In this document: piece after piece, positions 1-8,587 of the stretch
Numbering within the stretch: the first letter of the stretch is position 1
Layout of the letters: each line of letters starts with the position of its first letter
Source of the DNA: Psychrobium sp. MM17-31
GTDB lineage: Bacteria > Pseudomonadota > Gammaproteobacteria > Enterobacterales > Psychrobiaceae
Assembly (NCBI RefSeq): GCF_022347785.1
Contig: NZ_JAKRGA010000005.1
Location: 163,519-227,518, forward strand
DNA: 64,000 nt
Direction of reading: 5' to 3'
Position numbers and translations under genes: made by a program
Notes under the pieces: model-generated
What the model saw: the letters and a program-made list of their open reading frames with translations, nothing else
Told to the model about the DNA's origin: nothing
Databases searched by the model: none

Positions 1-882
1 TTGCTTGGTGCCAAATGGAGGGTTAGCCAAAATTAGACTGGCTTTGGGAAGAGTTTTTCCCTCATTAGATAAGGTATCTCCGAATAAAACGCCTGCACTC
101 TCATCATCAATAGCTAAATCGTGTAGCATCAGATTCATCATCGCTAGTCGGCGAGTATCAGACACAAGCTCCATTCCATGAAAAGTCTTATGTTGATAAT
201 TGTCATAATCCTCCTCATCTAATCCTGCAACATCAAAATTGTCTTCCATATATTGATGAGCTGCGATTAGAAAGCCACCTGTTCCGGCTGTCGGATCAAC
301 TATCACATCGCCCGCTTGTTTATTTCTTTTATCTTTTGGGGTTGGCTTCATAAGCTCAACCATAATTTCTATCAATACGCGTGGGGTGAAGTATTGTCCT
401 GCACCAGATTTTTTCTCACTAGCATTAATTTCCAGCAAGCCTTCGTACATATCCCCTAAACCTTCGGCTTTGGCACTGTACCAATCAAGTTTATCTATCT
501 GAGTGACCAGTTTTTCTAAAGTGGTTGGCTTGCGAATTACAGTTGTGGCGTTAGCATAAATGGCTTTGGTGATAACGGTTCCATTAGATCCCAGATGAAT
601 CAATAACTTTTTGTATTCATCTAATCTCGAAACATTGTTATAACCTTTTAAATTTTTCCATCTATACCCTTCAGGTATGTTAGGTTCCTTTCTCTTTTCT
701 CCGTCTTTTAACTTTCGTGTTTTCTCGTGCTCTGTGCGTCCGTCCTCAGTATCAGTTTCTTCTGCCATTTTAAGAAAAATCAAATAAGTGAGTTCATTAA
801 GATATTCATGATAAGTAATACCATCATCACGTAGGAGGTTACATAGGTTCCAGAGTTTATTGATTAAATCTTGCGTACTCAT
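1..882 (-). CDS. hsdM: Type I restriction-modification DNA methyltransferase subunit HsdM, N-terminal 294 codons (gene continues beyond window start)
   Basis: The reverse complement from the ATG at 882-880 reads in frame to position 1 (MSTQDLINKLWNLCNLLRDDG...). It contains the SAM-binding motif DPTAGTGGFL and the catalytic NPPFG motif of N6-adenine methyltransferases. It is absent from the ORF track because it is open-ended. Confidence 0.85.
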   Translation of the reverse strand, partial: MSTQDLINKLWNLCNLLRDDGITYHEYLNELTYLIFLKMAEETDTEDGRTEHEKTRKLKDGEKRKEPNIPEGYRWKNLKGYNNVSRLDEYKKLLIHLGSNGTVITKAIYANATTVIRKPTTLEKLVTQIDKLDWYSAKAEGLGDMYEGLLEINASEKKSGAGQYFTPRVLIEIMVELMKPTPKDKRNKQAGDVIVDPTAGTGGFLIAAHQYMEDNFDVAGLDEEDYDNYQHKTFHGMELVSDTRRLAMMNLMLHDLAIDDESAGVLFGDTLSNEGKTLPKASLILANPPFGTKQ

Positions 883-963
883 TTAGTTTCTCTAATTTTA
901 ATTCTTTTGGGTGGATTCAGACTTTACGCTCAAACCACATAATAATGCCCTCATTATATATTG

Positions 964-3900
964 TTAGGCTGAATGCTGTTGTTCGTCTTGTAACCAAACT
1001 GCTTTGTTGAACTGGCCCAATATATCACTTACGGGTTCCTCAAATAGCTTAGTTGCTCGTTTCAAGCCGCCTAATCTCTGCTTGAAAATCCCTTCATTTA
1101 AATTGGACTCATCAACAATGATGTTGGCTTTCATTTGTGCAGCTATAGTTTCAAGCCACTCTCGTTGTGGCGTTTTCCACGGTTGGCTAGAAAGTATCTT
1201 ATCAAATGCTCTATCGACTCGTTTATCATAAGGCTCTAACGCTTCGCCAATAGCGGCTTGACGTATATGACCAATGATTCGAGCAGCGATATCTTCGTTT
1301 TTAACTTCTTTCCAAGCTTCTTTTAAGTCTTGCTCACGGAATTCATTTTTCTCTAGCTCTAAGGCCAGCTCTTTAAGGCTATCGCGTGTGAGTTCCCAAG
1401 GACGCTGAATTACGGTCTGGATGGCGACCATTCGGTTGCTGTTGGCATTCACAAAACTGGAAAAGGCTGTTAAATAATCCTCTGGCTTTTGACCGCTGCC
1501 ATAACCTGTAGATGTACCTGTGACTTCATCTTCATGAGAGGAGATCACAACGGTGTTGCCACCTCCACCTGTACCAGATACTTTCATATCAAGTAATTCA
1601 CCTAAACCAGGGTGACTCACAAACCAATCGGCAACGTCCGTCAACTTCATGCTTTTCAGCTCTTGAGCAAACTCTTTTGGTGGTTTACCAACAATGCGCT
1701 CAAAGTCTGAGTTTTGGTGCGGTGATAGATAATTCTTCTTGCTTTGTAGCTTGGCAAGGAACTGGTCTTTCGCAAGCTGTTGCAGTTTAGGATCTGAACT
1801 ACCTGTGATTTCAGTTTCTAACTCTGTGAAAGTGATATCTACCTTGGTGACAACGGGTTTCATGCTGTTGACCTTTTCTAACTGTTTGTAGATATCTACG
1901 GCATCAAAAATACGGAAACGCTCTTTGGCGATGTCATCACAACGGCGAGTTGCACGGCCAAGCATTTGTTCAAACAAAATACGGCTGTTTACTCGACGTA
2001 AAAATACAAGATTACATATAGATGGAACGTCTACTCCTGTAGTTAATAAATCTACAGTAACGGCTATATTGGGGAGTCGATCATTTTTGTAACGGCGAAT
2101 TTTTTCTAATGGCTTATCTGACGCACCCGTGATTTTTTGAATGGCATCATCTTCCACCTCACCGTGGTAGTTTTCACACGCATCTTTGAGAGCTTCGACT
2201 ACTTCATCAGCATGTTTGTCGGTTACACAGAATATCAGTGATTTTTCTGGTGAGTACGGGTTAAGCGAATCGCTTTCGATTAACCATTTACATACTTCCT
2301 TAGTAAATTCGGGGGCAATTACCTTACGGTTAAACTGAGAAACATCGAAACTAAGTTCATCTGGCGTATTTACTAAATCAATTTGCTGAGTCTGTGGATC
2401 GTATACTTGCACAGGCTCATTCATTGCGTATTTAATACCATCGGTATTCAGCTTGGTGTGAATTCGTGTCGGTGGTAAATGATCAACAAGGTGACCATCA
2501 ATAACCGCCTCAGTGTAAGAGTAGGTAAACACAGGATCACCAAAGATATCTTTGGTATGAAGTGCAGGTGTTGCAGTTAATCCTACCTTAAAGGCATCAA
2601 AATATTCGATAACCGCTCGGTACTTAGACATGTAATCTTTTTGATCACGGAATTTCACTTCGGTTTCACTTAGTTCACGATCAAGTAGGTAACCCCTATG
2701 ACATTCATCAACAACAATACAATCGTACTGACCAACACCTGGTTTAGCTCCGTTATCTGACGGGTACATAATGCGTTTTACTAAACCTTGTACGGTAGCA
2801 ACATGAACTTTGGTATCGTCTTCTGGATTAGGTTTTGGCGCTTTTTCTGGTTCGATGCCTAATACTTCAAACGTGTCGGCAAAGGTGTTGAGGTTTTCCA
2901 TACGAACCTCACCAAAATCAACAGTCGCTTGAACACCTAATGCGCTTCTATCAACTAAAAAGAGAATTCGGCGAAAACGTTCTGCTTTTAATAAGCGATA
3001 GACTAAAGCAATACAGGTTTTGGTTTTCCCTGTGCCTGTTGCCATAGCCACCATAGCTTTGTCTTTACCATCCTTAATGGCTTGTTCTACACTTAAAATC
3101 GCTTTCTTCTGGTAATCCCGAAGTTTAAGTTCGTAATCAAAGCTCATGTCATCAAGCTCTGCATTGGCTTGTTGCGGAGTTTGGCGCAAATAAGTTTTGA
3201 TTTCTTGTGGAGAATACCAGCCTTTGAGCGTCTTACGGCGATTTGTATTATCACGAACATCTAAAAACCAGATGCCGCTTTCTTGTTCTAATTGTTTTAA
3301 GTAAGCACGACCATTAGTGGCAAAAGTAAGAGGGGTATTAAACTCACCATATTGAGTTACTTCTACGTCTTCAGGGAGGTTCTCAATACCTCTGGCATAT
3401 CGTTTAGCTTGATCAATAGCGCCATATACATTTTTAGCATTCTTCTTGGCTTCAATAACCCCCACAAGAGTCATACCAATAAACAGAGCATAATCAGCAG
3501 GCCCAGATTCTGTAGGCCATTCAGCTATTGCCTTATTTTTATTTGGCTCAGGTCTAGAACCTGGTATTTTTTTACCATTAATAATTCTATCAGCATGTCT
3601 AATATTTACAGTGTCTGCTTCCCAACCTGCATCTACTAATTGCTGATCTATGATGACACGTGTTTCAGCTTCATCCATCTCAAATAAAGACTTCTCGATA
3701 CGCTTGAGTTCTGCGGCTTGTTCTTCTTTGGGTTTGGCTTGGAATGTAGCTTTATACAGAATATTTGCTTCATCCATTTTTGCTCTATATTCTGCTAGTT
3801 TAGCTTCATGCTCTTCTGCAACTCGTTCCCATGCGGCTTTATCAGCTGACATTTTCTCAGCACGCTCACGCTCTGCTTTGGCTTTTTCAGCTTCTATTTG

Positions 3901-4428
3901 GCTAAGCTGTTCCGCGATTTTAATGCGTTCAGATGTACGTTGTGATTCCGTTTTTAATTGTTCAACTTGTTCTTCAAGTGAGCGTACATACCCTGATGGA
4001 TCTTGTGGTTTTACAAATTTCTTTATTTTAAAGCCTTTGGCTGCACTACCGCCAAAAGTGATATGAAACCACATGGCTAATGCATGTCCGACCATTATTG
4101 CTTTTAACGCATCACGGTGACTGGTACTGTCAAACTTATGGGTAGCCGCGTTGCCTAATTTTCGAATTGTGTGGAAAGCATCTCTAACGTTATCATCTAG
4201 ACGTAAGTTATAATCAAGATCTCTGAGAAGGTCGATTTGTTTTATATTATTACCAAACTCTACACCGATCCGGGCTGCTATTGATTGCGCTATAGCTTCA
4301 CCTAGTTGACGTATTTTTATAAGTGAAGTGTTTGGATCTGAGGAAAAATTGAGTTCAGCACTTTCCGCTAATTTATATAACCACTCTTGATGCTTCTTTA
4401 AAAAATCGAAATTACTGATGTGTCCCAT
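964..4428 (-). CDS. hsdR: Type I restriction enzyme endonuclease/helicase subunit HsdR
   Basis: The 1154-aa ORF has an N-terminal restriction-enzyme domain, SF2 helicase Walker A (MATGTGKT) and a DEAH-like box (VVDECHRG). It lies directly upstream of hsdM on the same strand. Confidence 0.9.
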   Translation of the reverse strand: MGHISNFDFLKKHQEWLYKLAESAELNFSSDPNTSLIKIRQLGEAIAQSIAARIGVEFGNNIKQIDLLRDLDYNLRLDDNVRDAFHTIRKLGNAATHKFDSTSHRDALKAIMVGHALAMWFHITFGGSAAKGFKIKKFVKPQDPSGYVRSLEEQVEQLKTESQRTSERIKIAEQLSQIEAEKAKAERERAEKMSADKAAWERVAEEHEAKLAEYRAKMDEANILYKATFQAKPKEEQAAELKRIEKSLFEMDEAETRVIIDQQLVDAGWEADTVNIRHADRIINGKKIPGSRPEPNKNKAIAEWPTESGPADYALFIGMTLVGVIEAKKNAKNVYGAIDQAKRYARGIENLPEDVEVTQYGEFNTPLTFATNGRAYLKQLEQESGIWFLDVRDNTNRRKTLKGWYSPQEIKTYLRQTPQQANAELDDMSFDYELKLRDYQKKAILSVEQAIKDGKDKAMVAMATGTGKTKTCIALVYRLLKAERFRRILFLVDRSALGVQATVDFGEVRMENLNTFADTFEVLGIEPEKAPKPNPEDDTKVHVATVQGLVKRIMYPSDNGAKPGVGQYDCIVVDECHRGYLLDRELSETEVKFRDQKDYMSKYRAVIEYFDAFKVGLTATPALHTKDIFGDPVFTYSYTEAVIDGHLVDHLPPTRIHTKLNTDGIKYAMNEPVQVYDPQTQQIDLVNTPDELSFDVSQFNRKVIAPEFTKEVCKWLIESDSLNPYSPEKSLIFCVTDKHADEVVEALKDACENYHGEVEDDAIQKITGASDKPLEKIRRYKNDRLPNIAVTVDLLTTGVDVPSICNLVFLRRVNSRILFEQMLGRATRRCDDIAKERFRIFDAVDIYKQLEKVNSMKPVVTKVDITFTELETEITGSSDPKLQQLAKDQFLAKLQSKKNYLSPHQNSDFERIVGKPPKEFAQELKSMKLTDVADWFVSHPGLGELLDMKVSGTGGGGNTVVISSHEDEVTGTSTGYGSGQKPEDYLTAFSSFVNANSNRMVAIQTVIQRPWELTRDSLKELALELEKNEFREQDLKEAWKEVKNEDIAARIIGHIRQAAIGEALEPYDKRVDRAFDKILSSQPWKTPQREWLETIAAQMKANIIVDESNLNEGIFKQRLGGLKRATKLFEEPVSDILGQFNKAVWLQDEQQHSA

Positions 4429-4437
4429 AAACTTTCC

Positions 4438-5349
4438 TTAGCATCCTTCAAAAAACTCTTCGTCTATTTTCTTCAGGTGCAGTACCTGTTCATCTCTACT
4501 ACCGATGTTGTATCGCAACATGAGTTTTGCTAATTCGGTGCCGTTGATAAGTACAATTCTCATACCTAAATCTTGAGCTGTTTGCTGAGCAGAAGAGGTA
4601 AAGTCTGATGTAGTGATAAAAATGCCTTTTTGTGCTTTTTTCAGATTCAAAGCCCCAAAAAAGTCTCTTATATCACTCGCACCAACATTGTTGCCTAACG
4701 CATAGCGCTTTGCCTGAATGTAGATTTGGTCAACACCCAGTGGGTCTTGATCGATAACGCCATCAACACCGTTGTCCCCTGACATGCCTAACGCATGGGC
4801 AGCACCCTCGCCTGTTCCGCCATATCCCATGGCTAGTAGTAACTCAATGAGCAACTTTTCAAAGAATGCGGGTGTTACTTTGCGAGTTTTTTCTAAAATA
4901 TCTTCAGCCAATGCATTATTGATTCGCTCGTAAGCAGCGCGCAATGCTTCATCTGGGGTAATTTCTTCATCGGTTTGCTGTTGTGGTACTGACTTTTCAA
5001 TTTTGTCTTTTCCTTGTCCAACGAACTGATGAAATTCATCGAACTGCTTTAGGTAGTTAACGTTAATTACTGCATTTTTATCTTTTACAGCGTCTAAACC
5101 ACGCGGTGTTATTACGTAGTGCGCGCGCTTAGTTGTTTCTAGCAGTTGTGTTTTTGTGAGGTAAGTACGCGCCCAACCTACTCTATTTTCAAATACGGTT
5201 TGTTTGCCACTTGGTAATAGTTGCGAAAGGTCGGAATCTGTCAGTGAAAACTCTCGAATTAAATGCTGTTTGACGTCTTTAAGTTGAATTTCTCCCTGTT
5301 GCGCAAACTCTAGAAACGGGCGCATAAAATCTTGATAACTAGGTATCAT
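4438..5349 (-). CDS. mrr: Mrr-family restriction endonuclease (Mrr_N winged helix plus Mrr catalytic domain)
   Basis: The 303-aa ORF has a C-terminal PD-(D/E)xK-like core (GVDGVIDQD...IYIQAKRY...). It ends 9 nt upstream of the hsdR start. Confidence 0.75.
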   Translation of the reverse strand: MIPSYQDFMRPFLEFAQQGEIQLKDVKQHLIREFSLTDSDLSQLLPSGKQTVFENRVGWARTYLTKTQLLETTKRAHYVITPRGLDAVKDKNAVINVNYLKQFDEFHQFVGQGKDKIEKSVPQQQTDEEITPDEALRAAYERINNALAEDILEKTRKVTPAFFEKLLIELLLAMGYGGTGEGAAHALGMSGDNGVDGVIDQDPLGVDQIYIQAKRYALGNNVGASDIRDFFGALNLKKAQKGIFITTSDFTSSAQQTAQDLGMRIVLINGTELAKLMLRYNIGSRDEQVLHLKKIDEEFFEGC

Positions 5350-5365
5350 TTAACATCCTTTATAA

Positions 5366-6130
5366 CTATTCTTCTTTTGGTTGTTGCTTTGCCTCTTCAT
5401 GTGCAGCAACTATGCCTTCAACAACAAAATCGATGTATGCTTCGATTTCTTCTAAAGTAACTGAATTATCTAAACTCAACTTGTGACTTATTATTTTTTT
5501 AACTTTTCTAGATGTAAAAAAGCCGCACTCTTTGGCAAGCAAGATAATATCACTTTCAAGCTCATTTAATACGTCAGACTTAACTTTTTGCAATGTATTA
5601 TTTGGCAAGTTAGTTAAATAATCTTTCATCCAAGAATTCAGTTCGTCTGGCATCTCAACAATAGAATTAATGCTTGCCAGATGAGACTCAATTATTTTCA
5701 TCATATCTTCAAGTTTATGCTTACCTTTCAAATAAAAAGCTAATAAAGGTTTATCAGCTGCAAGCAGTAATAATTGTTCTTCATAAGGTTTAATAAGCTC
5801 TTTTGCTAAATCTTCACGCAAACAAGTTATTGACCGAGTAATTGTTAACAGTAATGTCTCTGCTACTTCAGAAGGAAGCTCCTCTTTTTGCATTTTTAAA
5901 CCACGCTTATTGAATCTTTCGATTAAAACATTCAAAAAGCGATTAACTTCTTCCTTAGGGTCAAATAGTGACGTTATTATTGAGTGTCTGATCTCTAATA
6001 AATAATAAAGAGTTTTACGCGCGCTTTTTTTCCTCTCATCATGGGCTTTGTAGAAATAAGCGAATATGCCGATTAATGCTGTACCAGTTATTGTCATTAA
6101 TGCAACAACAAACTTTATATCCACGCTCAT
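5366..6130 (-). CDS. Hypothetical protein with a single N-terminal transmembrane helix
   Basis: The 254-aa ORF has a hydrophobic N-terminus (VVALMTITGTALIGIFAYFY) and a charged, helix-rich remainder. It abuts the NYN gene (6130/6131) and lies 16 nt upstream of mrr. Confidence 0.5.
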   Translation of the reverse strand: MSVDIKFVVALMTITGTALIGIFAYFYKAHDERKKSARKTLYYLLEIRHSIITSLFDPKEEVNRFLNVLIERFNKRGLKMQKEELPSEVAETLLLTITRSITCLREDLAKELIKPYEEQLLLLAADKPLLAFYLKGKHKLEDMMKIIESHLASINSIVEMPDELNSWMKDYLTNLPNNTLQKVKSDVLNELESDIILLAKECGFFTSRKVKKIISHKLSLDNSVTLEEIEAYIDFVVEGIVAAHEEAKQQPKEE

Positions 6131-6871
6131 CTAAGCTTTCTTCCTTTGATTATCGATGCTTTTAGCTTTGAACCAAACAACTGAACCTTGTGTTTTTCTG
6201 CTCTCAAACAAACCAACGGCATAACACAAATCAACTAACTTCCCGAAGTTGTGTTGTTTCCATGGATACTGTTTCTCTTTTAAATAAGTACCGATAGCCC
6301 CCAGCCTTGCCCACGCACCTTGTTCAGCACAGGCGGTGACACTCTCAAGTAATATTGAATGTAACACTTTGTCTTGTTTAACTTTTACTTCGCGCGCATT
6401 AATGATTGGCTCAATAATTGAGATTTTCTGTTCCTTTTCAGGCTTAGCGTCTAAATAAATAAACTTTGAACAACTATTCACAAAAGGGCTGGCTGCTTTT
6501 TTCTCGCCAATTCCAATTGCCAGCCTTCCCTCAGCAAGAATACGAGTAATTAATGGAGTGAAATCTCCATCAGAGGACGCAATACAAATAACGTCAACAG
6601 ATTTGGTATGCAACGTGTCCATAACATCGATTACTATTGCTATATCGGTAGCATTTTTTCCTTTAGTAATATCAAATTGCTGGATAGGTTGAATCGCATA
6701 TTCGTGAAGCACTGCTTCCCAGTTTTTTAGATTATCGCTTTTCCAGTTACCGTAGGCTTTGCGAATATTCACTACGCCATAGCGAGCGAGTTCTGAGAGG
6801 ATGACATCTATTTTTGCGGCGGGGGCATTATCAGCATCGATAAACAATGCGATCTTTTCTTTATCTTTCAA
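6131..6871 (-). CDS. NYN-domain (LabA-like PIN-fold RNase) protein with C-terminal OST-HTH/LOTUS domain
   Basis: The 246-aa ORF has an N-terminal IALFIDADNA...SSDGDF NYN signature. Its C-terminus (GAWARLGAIGTYL...FGKLVDL) resembles the OST-HTH RNA-binding module. Confidence 0.7.
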   Translation of the reverse strand: MKDKEKIALFIDADNAPAAKIDVILSELARYGVVNIRKAYGNWKSDNLKNWEAVLHEYAIQPIQQFDITKGKNATDIAIVIDVMDTLHTKSVDVICIASSDGDFTPLITRILAEGRLAIGIGEKKAASPFVNSCSKFIYLDAKPEKEQKISIIEPIINAREVKVKQDKVLHSILLESVTACAEQGAWARLGAIGTYLKEKQYPWKQHNFGKLVDLCYAVGLFESRKTQGSVVWFKAKSIDNQRKKA

Positions 6872-7021
6872 AACTATCCGTGTTTAGTTGAGGAATCCTG
6901 AGTGTCACTATAATGAAAAGCGTTCTCGATTGAAATGCTTTAAATCGAGAAAATACTGAGTAATTGATTTAAGTAAATTTCACATGAAAATTACCAATAG
7001 CCTACAAATCTACTGGCCGTT

Positions 7022-7432
7022 CTAAAAATTCGCTAACCACGCAAAAACTGAAAAGCACAACAGTGAAATGGCTATGCCGATGAATGGTATTTTGAACCAG
7101 TACTTTTGAGCTAATAATAAATAGCTAATACTCACGATGACAGGAAATGTTGATAAGACTAATGAGCTGACGATCAATTGAAAATGCACAATGCTCAAAT
7201 ATAGGTAGATAACAGCAAAGCCAATTAGACCAAGACTATGACTGGCGTTGAAACCAATCCACGCACGCCACATATCAGTCTGTTTGGTTATTCTGGGGGA
7301 CGTAGATAACATCGCTTTTTTAACATTGATGCCGAGAGGTGCGAATTTATCGGTCAAAAATGTATAAAACAAATGAATGATTCCGAGCAATCCGAATATT
7401 GTTAGCCCTAAAGTTAGCGTTAATTTTTCCAT
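7022..7432 (-). CDS. Hypothetical polytopic membrane protein
   Basis: The 136-aa ORF is strongly hydrophobic with about four predicted helices. Confidence 0.5.
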   Translation of the reverse strand: MEKLTLTLGLTIFGLLGIIHLFYTFLTDKFAPLGINVKKAMLSTSPRITKQTDMWRAWIGFNASHSLGLIGFAVIYLYLSIVHFQLIVSSLVLSTFPVIVSISYLLLAQKYWFKIPFIGIAISLLCFSVFAWLANF

Positions 7433-7457
7433 AATTTTTTACTCACCTTTAAGCGCA

Positions 7458-7706
7458 TCAACGCACCGTTACTTTCTCAGTTAACTTTGAAGCTATTGGG
7501 GTGAAAATCAGAGTTAACGGTAGCGCGATGAGAAATACCACGATAAATGCCTTTCCCCATAGATGTAGGAAATTATCTACCAAACCGATATTAATAAAAG
7601 TCACAATTCCTGACATGCACCCGCCCATGAAAAAAGCCATAAAACTCGACATGATTAGATGATGGTATTTGTTAGATATTTTCATTTTCTCTTTTGAATT
7701 AGTCAT
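7458..7706 (-). CDS. Small membrane protein, DUF2798-like
   Basis: The 82-aa ORF has two hydrophobic helices. It is co-directional with 7022..7432 and divergent from the TetR gene. Confidence 0.5.
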   Translation of the reverse strand: MTNSKEKMKISNKYHHLIMSSFMAFFMGGCMSGIVTFINIGLVDNFLHLWGKAFIVVFLIALPLTLIFTPIASKLTEKVTVR

Positions 7707-7760
7707 TGAATAAGCTTAAATTATCCAGTACTTTTCACATTTAAAATACTCGGATTTCTG

Positions 7761-8396
7761 TTGAATACTGATACCTCATATAAGCCCCGTAAGCGCCCGT
7801 CTCAGGCACGCTCTTCTGTTACTTATAATGCTATTTTAGAGTCGGCTGCTCGGGTTTTAGTTGAGGCAGGCGTTGAATCAACTACTACAAATAAAATTGC
7901 TGAAACGGCTGGCACAAGCATTGGAACCTTGTATGAGTACTTTCCGTCAAAAGAGGCTATTTTTGCAGAGCTTATCCGCAAACTAGATCAGCAAATGGCT
8001 GATTCAGTCATCAGTGTTTTTTCTACAATGACCATTGTTAAGCCAGCCCAGTTGATCGAAGCTATTGTGAGAGCAAGAGTAAAAGAAGCCGTATCTTTTC
8101 CTGAGCTTGATAAACTATTGCGCGCCCTTGTTCCCGCGCATTTGTTCAAGCTACAAATGAAGAATACTCACAGCCGCTTTTACGATGGAATGAAGCAGTT
8201 TGTTGATTCAAATCCAACCATCGTTAGAGTAAGGAATGTTGATAAATCAATTGAACTGGGCACTCTTGTTGTCGAGTCAACCATTAGAGCAATAGCCGCT
8301 AATACTCCAGAAAGACTTCATGACGAAGATTTCATTCAAGAGCTTATCGATCTGATGTGTAGATATATTTTAGACGACCAAAGCTATTGTCCTTAG
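7761..8396 (+). CDS. TetR/AcrR-family transcriptional regulator
   Basis: It has an N-terminal HTH (YNAILESAARVLVEAGVESTTTNKIAETAGTSIGTLYEYFPSKEAI). The TTG start is per the ORF track and the true start is uncertain. Confidence 0.85.
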   Translation: MNTDTSYKPRKRPSQARSSVTYNAILESAARVLVEAGVESTTTNKIAETAGTSIGTLYEYFPSKEAIFAELIRKLDQQMADSVISVFSTMTIVKPAQLIEAIVRARVKEAVSFPELDKLLRALVPAHLFKLQMKNTHSRFYDGMKQFVDSNPTIVRVRNVDKSIELGTLVVESTIRAIAANTPERLHDEDFIQELIDLMCRYILDDQSYCP

Positions 8397-8587
8397 CTAT
8401 GAGTGCTAGTTTTCACTTGCGTACTCTCTCGCTATATCTAGTCATACATGCACAGTGTTTAACCCAACACCAAAAACCATCCTTTAGGTTGGTATAAAGT
8501 ATAAAATTAAATACTTTGTCTTATCTCAATGCTTACGCGGTTAAAATCGGATATGATTTATTTAAATTGCGTACAAATATTGATTCG

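Noticed and set aside
1004-4066. Plus-strand ORFs 1004..1231, 3352..3639 and 3650..4066 from the six-frame track
   Set aside because: They lie entirely inside the well-supported minus-strand hsdR gene. They are low-complexity Ser/Cys/Ala-rich shadow frames with no start context.
8516-8587. TTG start at 8516 for the GGDEF-EAL protein
   Set aside because: The first 24 codons (MSYLNAYAVKIGYDLFKLRTNIDS) precede an ATG that opens a signal-peptide-like sequence (MFKTFLVAVLFLISIQSLA). The downstream ATG at 8588 is the more plausible start.
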